DNA of 64,000 bases from a virus. How positions within the stretch are numbered: position 1 is the first letter of the stretch; the number at the start of each line of letters is the position of its first letter. The translations under genes and the position numbers were made by a program. The stretch is taken from the IMG/VR virus record IMGVR_UViG_3300009506_000002, positions 64,001 through 128,000 of that record; one strand, 5' to 3'. Under the pieces are notes generated by a model. It was not told the origin of the DNA, made no database searches, and saw only the letters and a program-made list of their open reading frames with translations. Positions 20,090 through 30,343 of the stretch are shown one piece after another.

Positions 20090-20269
20090 CTAGGTTGCTT
20101 CCAGCGCTTCTGGAGGAACGTCGGTCATTGGTTGAACACTTACCAACTCATCTGCTATCATCTGTGGGATAGCTTTTCGTAGACGTGCGATCTCCTCAGG
20201 ATCGATTTTGCCGTGAGGATCGAAATGGCTATATCCGCCATTGATACGATCTTCGTGGTTGTCAGCCAT
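20090..20269 (-). CDS. 59-aa protein carrying a major-capsid (gp23) Gol-region-like motif
   Basis: LRKAIPQMIADELVSVQPMT; ATG at 20269. Confidence 0.6.
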   Translation of the reverse strand: MADNHEDRINGGYSHFDPHGKIDPEEIARLRKAIPQMIADELVSVQPMTDVPPEALEAT

Positions 20270-20606
20270 TGAGGATCTGCACTTCGCCTTCGCGAACGTC
20301 TTCTTGATCAGTGACAACTTTCTTGCCATCAGACTCGCCGACAACTTCACGCTCGACCACCGACTTCGGACCCTTGTAGTCCTTCAGGTCTTTTGTGGTG
20401 ATGATGCCTGAACCGTGTACCATTGCGTCATCCATGTCTTTCTCCTTTTCCGTAACTTCAATCCTGAATGTTGCTCCAGGGTGAGGGTGTGGCATTGGCT
20501 CAACTCCCTCAATAATCTCCGCAAAGCTGAAAGGTTGCAGAGGAGGCATGACCCATAAATTGACAGGAGGGAAGCGTAGGTCAGGCCAGTTGATCCTTAA
20601 TCCCAC
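20262..20606 (-). CDS. hypothetical protein
   Basis: ORF in operon; weak EIIEGVEPM motif. Confidence 0.5.
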   Translation of the reverse strand: MGLRINWPDLRFPPVNLWVMPPLQPFSFAEIIEGVEPMPHPHPGATFRIEVTEKEKDMDDAMVHGSGIITTKDLKDYKGPKSVVEREVVGESDGKKVVTDQEDVREGEVQILNG

Positions 20607-21639
20607 CCCTTCTCCTTTGCCAGTTTGTCAACCATATCCTGCAGGTTCTGAACCCACGAGCTTCTCATTGTGAGAATCACACCTTGAGTGCAATCCTCGA
20701 CAACTGGTTCCCATTCGAACTCCAGACCGTCTTGATCATAGCACTCTTTGAGGACTTTTGCAAGTTGTTTCTTGTCGCGTACTTTGAGCGACAGTTCCCA
20801 TCTAACCGGGCTTTCAGTGACGGGTGTCATATCCGAACCTCTCCAGAACTGTACGCGCACGCGCACGAACGGAATCGTCAGCGCTCTTGAGATAATGCGT
20901 CCACCACATTTCGTTCTTCATGTACTGCTCGAACTCCTTGGAGTCAATTGGGAACATCATTTGGAGCTTGGTTGGTGTCAGGTCATGGAGAGTACCCTCA
21001 CGCGCAATATCCCGAAGCATCTCGACCATTGCGTCATGCTCTTCCAGAATGTCAGAGACGATGCCGTCAAAGTCGTCTGCGTTTGCAGTCAAACGATCAC
21101 GGAACTTCTGTGATGGCTTAGTCGTTTGCGATGACAAGTTGCACCCCTTCGATCTTTCTGTTCTCTTCGAGACGCCAAACAATAGCGGTTGAGATGTGGA
21201 ACTCTTCGAGTAGCTGTATGTATTCATCCTTGGTCAACTCGATGAACTCAAGGTTCTCTGCGCCGTGGCGCTGAATCAGCTCGATGACGCGATCATAGAT
21301 GCTGTGCTTAAATCTAACTCTCATCTTGTTCTCCTGCTTTGGCTGGGATAGAAAAGTTGTCAGCATTACGGTACACGATGACCTTGGTTATACGAATTTC
21401 CTTCTCGCGAGGTGTAAGGTTTATCTCCTCGAGTACGTAGCCATGAAAGGTTTCCATGTCCTCACATCTATGGGCTTGCGCTTCACAGCTAAAGTCCTTC
21501 TCCTGTGGATCGGTACCCAGCAAGTTGGTGACTGTCAGCGTGCCTGGGTTCCAATACTTGACATTGAAGTCGTGCGCAGTCCTACCGTTGCCATAGCGAA
21601 TTGGCAACGACAGGAACTCAGAAATATGCAAGCATGGCA

Positions 21640-22485
21640 TCAGACGGCCACCTTGCCTGTCAGCTTCGGATGCGAATGGTAGTTGATCAGTTGGATGTCG
21701 TCGAACTTGAAGTCGTCGATCTCCTTGCAGTCCGGGTTGAGTGCAACCAGAGGGAAGTGGTGCGGCTTTCTGGTCAACTGTTCATTGATCTGCTCAATGT
21801 GGTTCTCGTAGATGTGAGTATCGCCACCTGTCCAGATCAGCTCGTGTGCTTCCAGTCCTGTAACGTGAGCCACCATCTGCAGAAGCAGAGCGTAGCTGGC
21901 AATGTTGAACGGAAGCCCTAAGAAGCTGTCTACGCTTCGCTGGTACATTTGAAGTGAAAGTTTACCATTGATGTGGAAAAACTGGTAGAACGCATGACAG
22001 GGCGGCAGAGCACACTTTCCGTTGGCGACATTGACCGAGAAGGAATCTTCATCCACTGGCAACACTTTTGGATTCCAGGCCGAGCAGATCAAACGGCGGT
22101 CGTTCGGATTTGTGCGCAGCTTGTCAATGATGTTCTGTAGCTGGTCGATGCCAGAACCATCAAAGTTGCGCCATTGCGCGCCATACACAGGACCGAGGTC
22201 GCCGTTTTCATTGGCCCACTCATTCCAGATGCGGACGCCGTTGTCCTGCAGGTACTTGATGTTCGTATTGCCCGAAATGAACCATAGCAGCTCGTGAGCA
22301 ATCGACGGGAAGTGGGTGAACTTGGTTGTCAGCAGCGGGAATCCCTCTCTGAGGTTAAACCTCATCTGGGTTCCGAAAATTGCGTAGGTGCCAACGCCAG
22401 TGCGGTTGTCTTTGTATTCACCTTCATCAAGAATTCGTCTCACGAGATTGAGGTATTGGTACTCTGGGTGTTCCTTCTGATGCAT
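21640..22485 (-). CDS. td: thymidylate synthase (ThyA type)
   Basis: [53 protein letters not shown]. Confidence 0.97.
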   Translation of the reverse strand: MHQKEHPEYQYLNLVRRILDEGEYKDNRTGVGTYAIFGTQMRFNLREGFPLLTTKFTHFPSIAHELLWFISGNTNIKYLQDNGVRIWNEWANENGDLGPVYGAQWRNFDGSGIDQLQNIIDKLRTNPNDRRLICSAWNPKVLPVDEDSFSVNVANGKCALPPCHAFYQFFHINGKLSLQMYQRSVDSFLGLPFNIASYALLLQMVAHVTGLEAHELIWTGGDTHIYENHIEQINEQLTRKPHHFPLVALNPDCKEIDDFKFDDIQLINYHSHPKLTGKVAV

Positions 22486-22496
22486 CTAGGCGCTCC

Positions 22497-22820
22497 TTAC
22501 TTGCAGTCCATTTCGTCTTTGCTGGTTGGCACGAAGCCGATCTTGTCGTATGACGCAATTCGACCCATGCCAAAGAAGCCCGACACGGAGCCTACTGCAT
22601 CAGAGTAGACCACATAGCCACCGTCTGCGGTGCGGCAACCAATTTCAACCATCTGGAAGGTCTTGTCGCCGCCGCCGGTTGAGTATTCACTCGAGACGAT
22701 CTGCTTGCAGGTTGGTGGCTGGGTGCAGGTCAGTGTGCTGGCGTGGGCCTGTGGTGCAACTGCAACCGCCATGATTGCAACGATGGAGAATGCGGCTGCT
22801 GATATGATCATTTTCTTCAT
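22497..22820 (-). CDS. secreted/periplasmic Cys-containing protein
   Basis: Signal peptide MKKMIISAAAFSIVAIMAVAVAPQAHA (AxA site); four Cys in the mature part. Confidence 0.65.
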   Translation of the reverse strand: MKKMIISAAAFSIVAIMAVAVAPQAHASTLTCTQPPTCKQIVSSEYSTGGGDKTFQMVEIGCRTADGGYVVYSDAVGSVSGFFGMGRIASYDKIGFVPTSKDEMDCK

Positions 22821-23057
22821 CTTTTCTCTCCTTAGAGTGTGGTTTCGATGGCCTTCATGAAAATGTATAAAAGCAATCGAGATCTTCATCAACGTAGAAC
22901 CCTAAGCTGTCAAGCAGGGCAATCTCCTCAGATGAATATTGGTTCGGGTTACCGACGTACATGACATCGTGCTCGAAGCTGTAATCACACTTGCCTTCTT
23001 TCTCGGCGATGATTGCCAGCGCGGCGACAAGTCTTTGAATGAGTGAAAGTTCTGCAC

Positions 23058-24083
23058 TCATAGCTTGTCGGTCTCCGCGAACCAAAATACACGCGCAGAG
23101 TTGGAGATGTGCTTGCCGACATCAGCCGCTGTAAAGCCATTCTCCTCCATCAGGGCCTGCTCTTCGTCAAGGATGTCGTTGACAACCCAACGCAGGAAAT
23201 CACCTGTGTTCTTACGCTCGATCTCGATACCATGCTGGCGCATGACATCAAGACCCTGATTCAGACGATTCTTGGTGACAGTAGCAGCCACAAACTCATG
23301 GATAGAGTTCATCTTCTCTACGTCAACCGCAGCAAGCGTCTTGACCTTTGAGGAAGAGTGGCGCTCGTCCTTGACCTTGAACCAGAACTGTGGGTCACGG
23401 TAGCCGTAGGACTCACACTTCCAGACGATGCCTTCGCCGGCGCCTTCCTTGTTGAAGTGCGCGCCGACAGGGCACTGGTCACCGACCTTTTGAGTCAACT
23501 CTGCAAGCTGGGCAGTAGCCAGCTCTGGACGATTGAAGTCAATCTCAATCTTGAATGTAGGGAACTGGCGGATGTGGTAGATGCCCATATCGTTGATCTT
23601 CTGAGTCCACTCAGGATCAGAAGTGACATCCTCAATTGAAGGGTTGCTCCAAGTGTCATCATCCAGGTCGCGGTAGGCGAAGATGACGAACATCTTGTCG
23701 AGGCCTGTGATTGCCACACCCTTCTGAATGTTGCCACCGCACCACTCACCGTAGACTGCCGTGCTGTATGATGCGCCATCCTTCAGCTCTGCAGGGAGAG
23801 CATCAATGAAAGCAGCAAAGCCAGCATTGTCGTCCTCTGGAGTGATGACACGCTCACGCGACTGTGCGTGAAGGTGGCCGCCAGCATCGAAGACTACCGC
23901 AGCGTTCGTGCCGTGCAGCTTGACGCTACCCTCAAAGACGAGAGTAGGATAGTCAGATGTATGTTCGTAGATTGGATTACCTGCGGCGTCTTTGCCTTTG
24001 AAGTCATGATGGAGCTGAACAGATCTTACAACGTCACGGAACTGACGGATTTTGGGGAATTTAATCATTTGGGTCATAATCAC
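23058..24083 (-). CDS. RNA ligase (Rnl2-like nucleotidyltransferase)
   Basis: Motif I KLHGTN, QSR, VYGEWCG, EGIVW, FKVK. Confidence 0.82.
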   Translation of the reverse strand: MIMTQMIKFPKIRQFRDVVRSVQLHHDFKGKDAAGNPIYEHTSDYPTLVFEGSVKLHGTNAAVVFDAGGHLHAQSRERVITPEDDNAGFAAFIDALPAELKDGASYSTAVYGEWCGGNIQKGVAITGLDKMFVIFAYRDLDDDTWSNPSIEDVTSDPEWTQKINDMGIYHIRQFPTFKIEIDFNRPELATAQLAELTQKVGDQCPVGAHFNKEGAGEGIVWKCESYGYRDPQFWFKVKDERHSSSKVKTLAAVDVEKMNSIHEFVAATVTKNRLNQGLDVMRQHGIEIERKNTGDFLRWVVNDILDEEQALMEENGFTAADVGKHISNSARVFWFAETDKL

Positions 24084-24384
24084 CTCTGGTTAAGATAACA
24101 GTCAAGTTTTTGGCGATGTTCAATGCGCCAACAGGGTTCGCTGAATGAACACCGAAGCTAAAGCACTTTGGGATGAAATTTCCCATTTCGAGATCAGTTT
24201 CGATCATCCAGTTTACCACAATCATAGCGGTGTCATCTCCGCCCAGGTCATGGTCAAAACTGATATAGTCAGGGCAGCCTTCACTAAGCATGTAGGAAAT
24301 GGCTTCTGCAGAACTACGCAATATAGCGTCGAACACACCCTTTGGGTCACGATCATCGTCAATGTAAATTCGAATCATGATCAA
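24061..24384 (-). CDS. cyclic-phosphate-processing receiver-like domain protein
   Basis: IYIDD.R.P, ISFDHDLG, VHSANPVG; overlaps the RNA ligase start. Confidence 0.8.
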   Translation of the reverse strand: MIMIRIYIDDDRDPKGVFDAILRSSAEAISYMLSEGCPDYISFDHDLGGDDTAMIVVNWMIETDLEMGNFIPKCFSFGVHSANPVGALNIAKNLTVILTRGDYDPND

Positions 24385-24428
24385 CTCCTGCGTGCTGCAA
24401 TACTACACGAACACGCAGGAGTTGTCAA
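24382..24428 (-). promoter_or_regulatory. sigma70-type promoter overlapped by a 13-bp inverted repeat that covers the SD
   Basis: TTGACA(24428-24423)-17-TAGTAT(24405-24400); CAACTCCTGCGTG 24382-24394 / CACGCAGGAGTTG 24412-24424. Confidence 0.7.
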
Positions 24429-24432
24429 GTTT

Positions 24433-24735
24433 TTATTCGTCGTAGATGAACAGAACATCATCTTCAGTGATGACGGTACACTCCTTGTCGTCCCACGGTC
24501 CTGTCTTGCCAGCGTAGCCAGTGAACAGGATCCGGTCACCAACCTTGACAGACATCTCCTTGCGGGTAGTGCCATCAGGAAGGAAAGCGCCCGGGCCAAC
24601 TGCTACGATGGTGCCGGACTTTGGTGGATGCTCATGCTTCGGGGTATCCGGAAGGATGATACCGCCATCAGAGACGGTCTGCACCGGATCGAGAATCAGA
24701 GCAATACGGTCGAGGATGGGTCTTACGCGCGCCAT
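24433..24735 (-). CDS. groES: GroES-like co-chaperonin
   Basis: RP..DR, GGIILPD, G.IVAVGPG, VKVGD.ILF..YAG. Confidence 0.88.
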   Translation of the reverse strand: MARVRPILDRIALILDPVQTVSDGGIILPDTPKHEHPPKSGTIVAVGPGAFLPDGTTRKEMSVKVGDRILFTGYAGKTGPWDDKECTVITEDDVLFIYDE

Positions 24736-25022
24736 CAGACAGTAAGTACCTTACCGAAATGCTTGGCATAGGCGTCTTCGATGAACTTCATCTCATTGAT
24801 GATCGTTGCATGGAACATCACCTGCGCAGACTTGAGCGGCAGGATGCGGGTTTCGCCCTTGGTCAGGTTGAAGTATGGCGCATAAGGAACCAGCTCCATT
24901 CCGCCCTTGCCATCAGGCATGCCGACAACCGGGTTCTCGATGACTACCTGTTCAGCAGTCTCTTCGACCAGGTACCCGACGAACTCTTCGCCGGTGATCA
25001 GTTTGAAAATTCGAATACTCAT
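24735..25022 (-). CDS. Sm-like/SH3-fold hypothetical protein
   Basis: I.KL.TGEE..G, I.NP, L.PY.PY. Confidence 0.6.
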   Translation of the reverse strand: MSIRIFKLITGEEFVGYLVEETAEQVVIENPVVGMPDGKGGMELVPYAPYFNLTKGETRILPLKSAQVMFHATIINEMKFIEDAYAKHFGKVLTV

Positions 25023-25051
25023 TCGTTCTCCTTGTGGATGTAAAGGTACTA

Positions 25052-25080
25052 ATTGTACAGGTTTTGGGTTAGCTTGTCAA
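25052..25080 (-). promoter_or_regulatory. sigma70-type early promoter
   Basis: TTGACA-17-TACAAT. Confidence 0.75.
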
Positions 25081-25286
25081 GCTCTTTTTAGCTGGCAGCA
25101 ATCCAAGCCCAACCGATAAAGGCAACAATGAACCAGCGCCACGGGCGATAGACTCGCTGATAGCCCTTGCACATATCGCTGATCTGCTTCGGGCTGCCCT
25201 CATAGCCCCAGCCGAGTGTGGAATGAAGCATGAACGCAATAGAGCCGAATACAGCCAAGCCCCAGGCGATGATGTTCAGAAATGTG

Positions 25287-25757
25287 TTAAGCGTTTCCAT
25301 GATAATCCTCCTTCATGATAACAATAGGGTCACCGCCATTGGAATCAAGAATGGCGTCGTTCTGTCCGTCACGCTGAATCGGGATACCCGCAGTTTGCAG
25401 CATATCGAGTTTGATGATTGCCACGCGATCCTGTTCTGACAGGAGAGGCGCGCCACACTCAGGGCAGCGATCATAGAGGTGATCAGCCATGTTCGCAAGC
25501 GTATCAGTCTGATAGCCGCATCCCTCGGTGTCACAGTAGAGCAATCCCTGCAGTGCCGGCGGCGTGAACAGCTCTTCGAGATATGAGCCAGTGATGTCGT
25601 TATCCCAGCCTAGCTCCTCATCGATCTCTGCGCCAGTTACAGCGTCGAACTTCCATGGGCCACAATAGATGAAGCCGTTGGCAATTTCAGACACCTTAAG
25701 GCGCATCTTTGTGCCAGCCAGGTTTCGTGTTACTTGTTGACCTACTTCGATAGTCAT
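25287..25757 (-). CDS. hypothetical zinc-ribbon protein
   Basis: W.FD..TGAEIDE.LGW, CDTEGC, CPECG. Confidence 0.6.
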   Translation of the reverse strand: MTIEVGQQVTRNLAGTKMRLKVSEIANGFIYCGPWKFDAVTGAEIDEELGWDNDITGSYLEELFTPPALQGLLYCDTEGCGYQTDTLANMADHLYDRCPECGAPLLSEQDRVAIIKLDMLQTAGIPIQRDGQNDAILDSNGGDPIVIMKEDYHGNA

Positions 25758-26167
25758 GATTATTTGCTCCTACGCGGTTGATTGCAATCTGATGATACCC
25801 ACAGCAAAAAGCCTGGAAGCATGAAACCCCAACCAAACAAGGTATCGGTATGGTAACCTCCGCCAGTGATGGCAGAGTAGACGGCGTTGGCTCCTGCTAT
25901 GATGAAGCCAAAGAAACACCACACAAGGAGCAAACGCTCAAAGTATGAGGTCTCGTCATTGTAGCGCTTGAAAGGATTCTTCATGAGAAGGACTTCACAA
26001 TGATATAGCCTAGAACACCGGAAGTGGTCACGCTAGATGCGAGAAACGATTTCAATGTTGGGGCTCCACTAAACAGACACCAGGTTGTGTAACCTGAGCC
26101 TGTGAGAATAAATCCTAATGCGACTGCGTCCATTACTTATAACTCCTTTCACTCACAGATTAACGTA

Positions 26168-26196
26168 AGTCTACACGAAAACGGGGCCGTTGTCAA
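26168..26196 (-). promoter_or_regulatory. sigma70-type early promoter cassette
   Basis: TTGACA-17-TAGACT followed by GTGAGTGAAAGGAG leader; the -35 supplies the upstream stop. Confidence 0.8.
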
Positions 26197-26699
26197 GTCC
26201 TGTTCCCATCAAGGGCTTTGTCTACAATGTCAGCGATTGCAGCCATGCCGCGCACAGAGTCGCCGTTGTACAGCATCAGAGTCTCTTCAATGCGGATGAG
26301 GGCTCGAAGGTTCTTGTCACGGTTTCTGGTGAAAGCATGTGCCTTCGCGTGCGCTTCAATGATATGCTTGCCCTTACGGCGGTCGCTGGTATAGTCGAGT
26401 ATCTTATCTCCCCACTTCACAGTCCAGTCGCCGTCAACCAGCTCCCCAAACTCCACGGAGACAACGATGTCATCCACCACACCAAACAGGTCGATGGTCG
26501 AGTTCTGACTTGCCTCTTCCCAGTTTGTCCAGATTACGTTCATCATGTTTTCTTCTCCTCTTGTCTGCGCATGGTGTCAACGTGCGAGAACCACAACCCA
26601 TATCGATGCCACGTACAAAGCGGGTAAGGTTGCGCGCGTATGTGTTCATCTCGGGCATATACCATGCCTGTTTTGCCATGCGTGAGGCTGCTGCCGCGA

Positions 26700-26794
26700 G
26701 ACTAATTAGAGTTTGTCCTTATTGTGGTAAACGCGGCAAAGGTGGCAACATGACTAGGTATCATTTTGAGAACTGCTCTTTAGTCCAAGTTTAA
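26700..26794 (+). pseudogene. relic C-terminal zinc-ribbon of a homing endonuclease-type gene, inverted relative to neighbours
   Basis: RVCPYCGKRGKGGNMTRYHFENC*; AT-rich; same pattern as the relic at 49385-49500. Confidence 0.55.
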
Positions 26795-27017
26795 TTCGCT
26801 TGACTTTGAAGCCACCCTCTTCGAACAGCACAACGAGCTGCTCCATTGGGATGTCAGTCACGACGTCGTAGTCATTAGGAACCTTGCCACTCAGAAGGTC
26901 GCGAACTGCGCCACCGACAATGAAGTTGTTGTCGGAGTGGGCATTCAGCACCATCAAGAAGGGCAGCAATTTGAAAGGGGCATGGTTTTCGAACATAATC
27001 AACTCCTGTTCACTCAC
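26754..27017 (-). pseudogene. truncated CCA-adding enzyme/poly(A) polymerase head domain
   Basis: IVGGAVRDLL.G..PNDYD..T motif, then a stop after under 90 aa within the foreign relic. Confidence 0.75.
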
Positions 27018-27057
27018 TCAATAGTGAAAGTCTACACGAAACGGAACCTTTTGTCAA
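27001..27057 (-). promoter_or_regulatory. early promoter plus leader cassette
   Basis: TTGACA-17-TAGACT..ATTGAGTGAGTGAACAGGAGTT. Confidence 0.82.
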
Positions 27058-27568
27058 ACGATTTTTCTCAAATACTGGTAGGCTTCGAGCAGCTTCTTCT
27101 CAGAGAGATCGGTAAGCACTCGCAGGTTCCATTCCCAGCCAGATTTGCTGAAACTGCCAAGATCGCAGATAAGTGGGTTTATTGATTGGGTATAGGACGG
27201 AGAGCACGACTTGACCAGCTTTAGCAGGTCGCCCTTGTCGAGCTCTACCGGCACCATTTTACAGTGCGAACTTCTCGTTCAGGATGGCGATGACTTCTGG
27301 AGTAAGATCGCTCTTACCATAGTCACCAACACGATAGCTCGGGGTCTCTGTGCCATAAGAAAGGATGACTGACTTCACGACATCATCGATCTGGCGCTTG
27401 CCAAACTCTTTGATATAGTCGGTGATCTGGTTGTCATCGAGGTGGCAAACGTCACAGATCAAGAAGACTGCAATGTCTTCGACAGTGAAATACTGCTCGG
27501 GGAAGCGAATTTGGAAGCCCTGCTTCACCTGATCGTTTGCTGTTTTAACTTTAGTTGGTTTCATGAAT

Positions 27569-27625
27569 AACTCCTGTTCACTCACTCAATGGTGATATTC
27601 TAGCACAAAAGGTGCCGTTTGTCAA
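27569..27625 (-). promoter_or_regulatory. early promoter plus leader cassette
   Basis: TTGACA-17-TAGAAT..ATTGAGTGAGTGAACAGGAGTT. Confidence 0.82.
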
Positions 27626-28923
27626 GCGGTATCTTTCATCAGCTCCAGGCATTGGTCAATCAGTGCAGGTACGGCAGCAATAGCAAGAACATCGCCTTCA
27701 ATGCCCTCATAGCTGTCGGTCACCTGAATCATGCGATCACCTAGTGATGAACACTCGGGCACATAGAAGTACCCGTCCTCGTCAGGCGTGGTGTCAATAG
27801 GTCCTCTATTGCCTACCCACTCCCAGCGCCCTTCCGTAATACCGTCACGTAGGGCTTCGAGCTGCTCGCGCGTGAATGTCACTTCTGTTCTGCCTTCCTG
27901 CGCGCGCGTGCCATTTTGCGGCGGCAGTGTGAACAGTATCCAGCATCGAAACGTTTCTTGTTGTCCTTGATGTACTGGCGCAGGATCTCGGTCTCGCAAC
28001 CTTCAGTCTTGCACATAACGAATCCTGGCATTGGAACGGGAATCTTGTTGATCATTCAGAATCTCCTAATACTTGGTTGACAATGTGGCACGGATTGTCC
28101 TTGCCAGCACGAATATCTTTCAGAGCTTGTACGAGCTTTTCGTTGCGCTCATCAAGAGCGACTATCGCACCATTCAGCGCGCGGATGATGACGTCCTTAT
28201 CGTATTCCATCAGTCCTCCATGTACTTGAGGAACTGGCGTGGGACCTCGATCATCTTGTTGTCACTTGGGATGTTACCGCCTGCACCAATGCGCAGGTCC
28301 TGCAGGAACAGGTCAAGGTTTTCACGCAGACGGCTTGCTCCGCCATCGTTTGATGAACCAGAGTATCCTGCGTCTGATTCCAGCTTATCCGCTGCACGCA
28401 AGACCCTGATCTTTATTCCATATACCGATTGAATCATAATGTACTCTCCTATTGTTCTACTGAATGTTGCTCTCGGGCAGTCTCTCGATGTCGATGAACT
28501 CGATCTGCTCGGGGTTGAATACACGGGTGATGGTGCTATCACCCATCTCAACCTCAAAGGAAATGCTTGGCAGGTCACGCATCGAAGCGATCCGAGCCAG
28601 GTACTTCTCTTTGTAGTATTTCTCGGACACTGGCGCAACCGTATGAGATTCACCTGCCAGTGTGACGACGGTAATCAAGATCATGCTCACTTATTCACCC
28701 CACTGCAGGCGACGCTTGCGAACAAGCTCGATTGACGCAATTGATGGGATGTAGAAGATGTAGTTGCTGCCATGCTTCTGAAAGCGCATGTAGTCCAGTG
28801 ATCCTGGGTCGAGCATCTTCTGATACATCGCATCTGCGTGATCTTCTTCCTGCAACTGTGAACGGAAAGTCTTTCCGTCAACTGTGCGAACTACGATTTG
28901 AAACTTTTTGACGATACGAACCA

Positions 28924-29475
28924 TTATTGGTTGTCCTCCTTCTTGATCAGGTCGTCGACACTTTCCCACTTGCTTTCAGTCTCATTCCAGACCTGTCGCA
29001 GGTACCTTGCGCCGTTTGTGGTGATGTACTCACCTTCACTCCAGGTGTCACCGCGATCGATCAGCTCGATGCCGCGGATTGAAGTATTTTCCCCGCTTTC
29101 ACCTGGGTGCTTGTGTTTGATTTCCAGTACACATCGGATGCGCAGGCCCCCTCGTCCAGTGAATCGGACAATGCTGCCTACCTTCAGGTTCTCGCGTGCC
29201 CAACGTTCACGGCGCTGGTCAGCATCCTGCTTCTTCTGGCGAGTCTCTTTGCGGATACGGTCGTCATCAGGACGAAGCATTATTGCCAGAGCGCCAACAT
29301 CGAGGTTGATCTCCAGAATGCGCTTCTCGAGCTTGCGCTTTTCCTCAAGAAGAGTCTTTTGTTGCGCACGCCAATCGGTTACGTTACGACCAAGTCTGCC
29401 AGTGGCAATGACTTCTGCGCAGCGCTCTTCTTTCAGGCGCTTCTCGCGCTCGTATGGTGATTCCCAACGTCTCAT
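28924..29475 (-). CDS. hypothetical coiled-coil/SH3-like protein
   Basis: ORF in operon. Confidence 0.55.
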   Translation of the reverse strand: MRRWESPYEREKRLKEERCAEVIATGRLGRNVTDWRAQQKTLLEEKRKLEKRILEINLDVGALAIMLRPDDDRIRKETRQKKQDADQRRERWARENLKVGSIVRFTGRGGLRIRCVLEIKHKHPGESGENTSIRGIELIDRGDTWSEGEYITTNGARYLRQVWNETESKWESVDDLIKKEDNQ

Positions 29476-29478
29476 GAT

Positions 29479-29856
29479 TTACTCTACCTCTCCGGTGTAG
29501 AATCCAATGCCTACAATTTTCTGAATCTCGACGACACTGTCGTTCAATTTGCCAATGCTCGAAAGGCCAGTGAACATAGACTTGTCGTTTTCAATGATTG
29601 ATTTAATCAATGCTCCCGCAGGGGTATCGAGAATTTTGATACTTGCGATGATATTGCCATCGTCATCCATGCGCATCGACTCAACGATGTGAGATGCTCT
29701 TGATGGATCATCTGTTAAACCATCAAAGGTGCAGACAGCCGGACCCTTGAACTCTTCGACTGCTTTGCGCAGTGTCTCCTCAGGATAAATGCGACCATAC
29801 GTTGACGTTGGAACGCCTGCCTTTGGAAGATCAATATTGTATTCTTTTGTCATCAT
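29479..29856 (-). CDS. stand-alone prohead protease gp21-like paralogue
   Basis: GRIYP.E.L..AV, SRASH.V, KILDTP.G...K..I, GLSS.G. Confidence 0.72.
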   Translation of the reverse strand: MMTKEYNIDLPKAGVPTSTYGRIYPEETLRKAVEEFKGPAVCTFDGLTDDPSRASHIVESMRMDDDGNIIASIKILDTPAGALIKSIIENDKSMFTGLSSIGKLNDSVVEIQKIVGIGFYTGEVE

Positions 29857-30293
29857 TTACCCCAGTCGAGTTTCAGTGGTTCAACATAAACCAGATTTGC
29901 TTCCAAAGCAGGAATATTTATTGGCTTGCCATCAGGCCGCCAGTCTCCAACATCGTAACTCAAGGTCACGTGCGGGACGAAGTTGTCATACGCATGAGGG
30001 TAGCCTCTGCTTAACCATTCCTCATGGCGGCGCTGAATTCCAGGACTATCGAGTACCAGCACAAGGACATTGCCCGATTCAGTAGGCCATACCTCAAGAT
30101 ACCACGGCAGCGCAGTGAAATTGACTACTTCCCGGATATGTGGCGCTTCCGTGCGCTCCGTACAGTAAAGTACAGTGCTATGAAGCATTCCTTTAGGAAC
30201 CGGGTTAGGAACCTGAATTTCTCGCGCAAAGCGATGTAAGTTACCCATGGATCGGCCATTGTATTTCACTCCTACGTAGACGCCGTCAGTCAT
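29853..30293 (-). CDS. acb1: anti-CBASS 2H phosphodiesterase (T4 57B/Acb1 family)
   Basis: G.YV, VPNPVP...HST..Y, LEVW.T..G..LVLVLDS, PH.TLSY.VG, EPLKLDW: two HxT motifs, collinear with T4 Acb1 as recalled. Confidence 0.88.
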   Translation of the reverse strand: MTDGVYVGVKYNGRSMGNLHRFAREIQVPNPVPKGMLHSTVLYCTERTEAPHIREVVNFTALPWYLEVWPTESGNVLVLVLDSPGIQRRHEEWLSRGYPHAYDNFVPHVTLSYDVGDWRPDGKPINIPALEANLVYVEPLKLDWGK

Positions 30294-30314
30294 GACGCGC
30301 TCTCAACATTGTTG

Positions 30315-30343
30315 ATTCTAGCACGAACGGCTCCTTTTGTCAA
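30315..30343 (-). promoter_or_regulatory. early promoter driving acb1 and the protease paralogue
   Basis: TTGACA-17-TAGAAT. Confidence 0.8.

Noticed and set aside
21640-22485. Group I intron in td, as in T4
   Set aside because: The ORF is continuous and full length.
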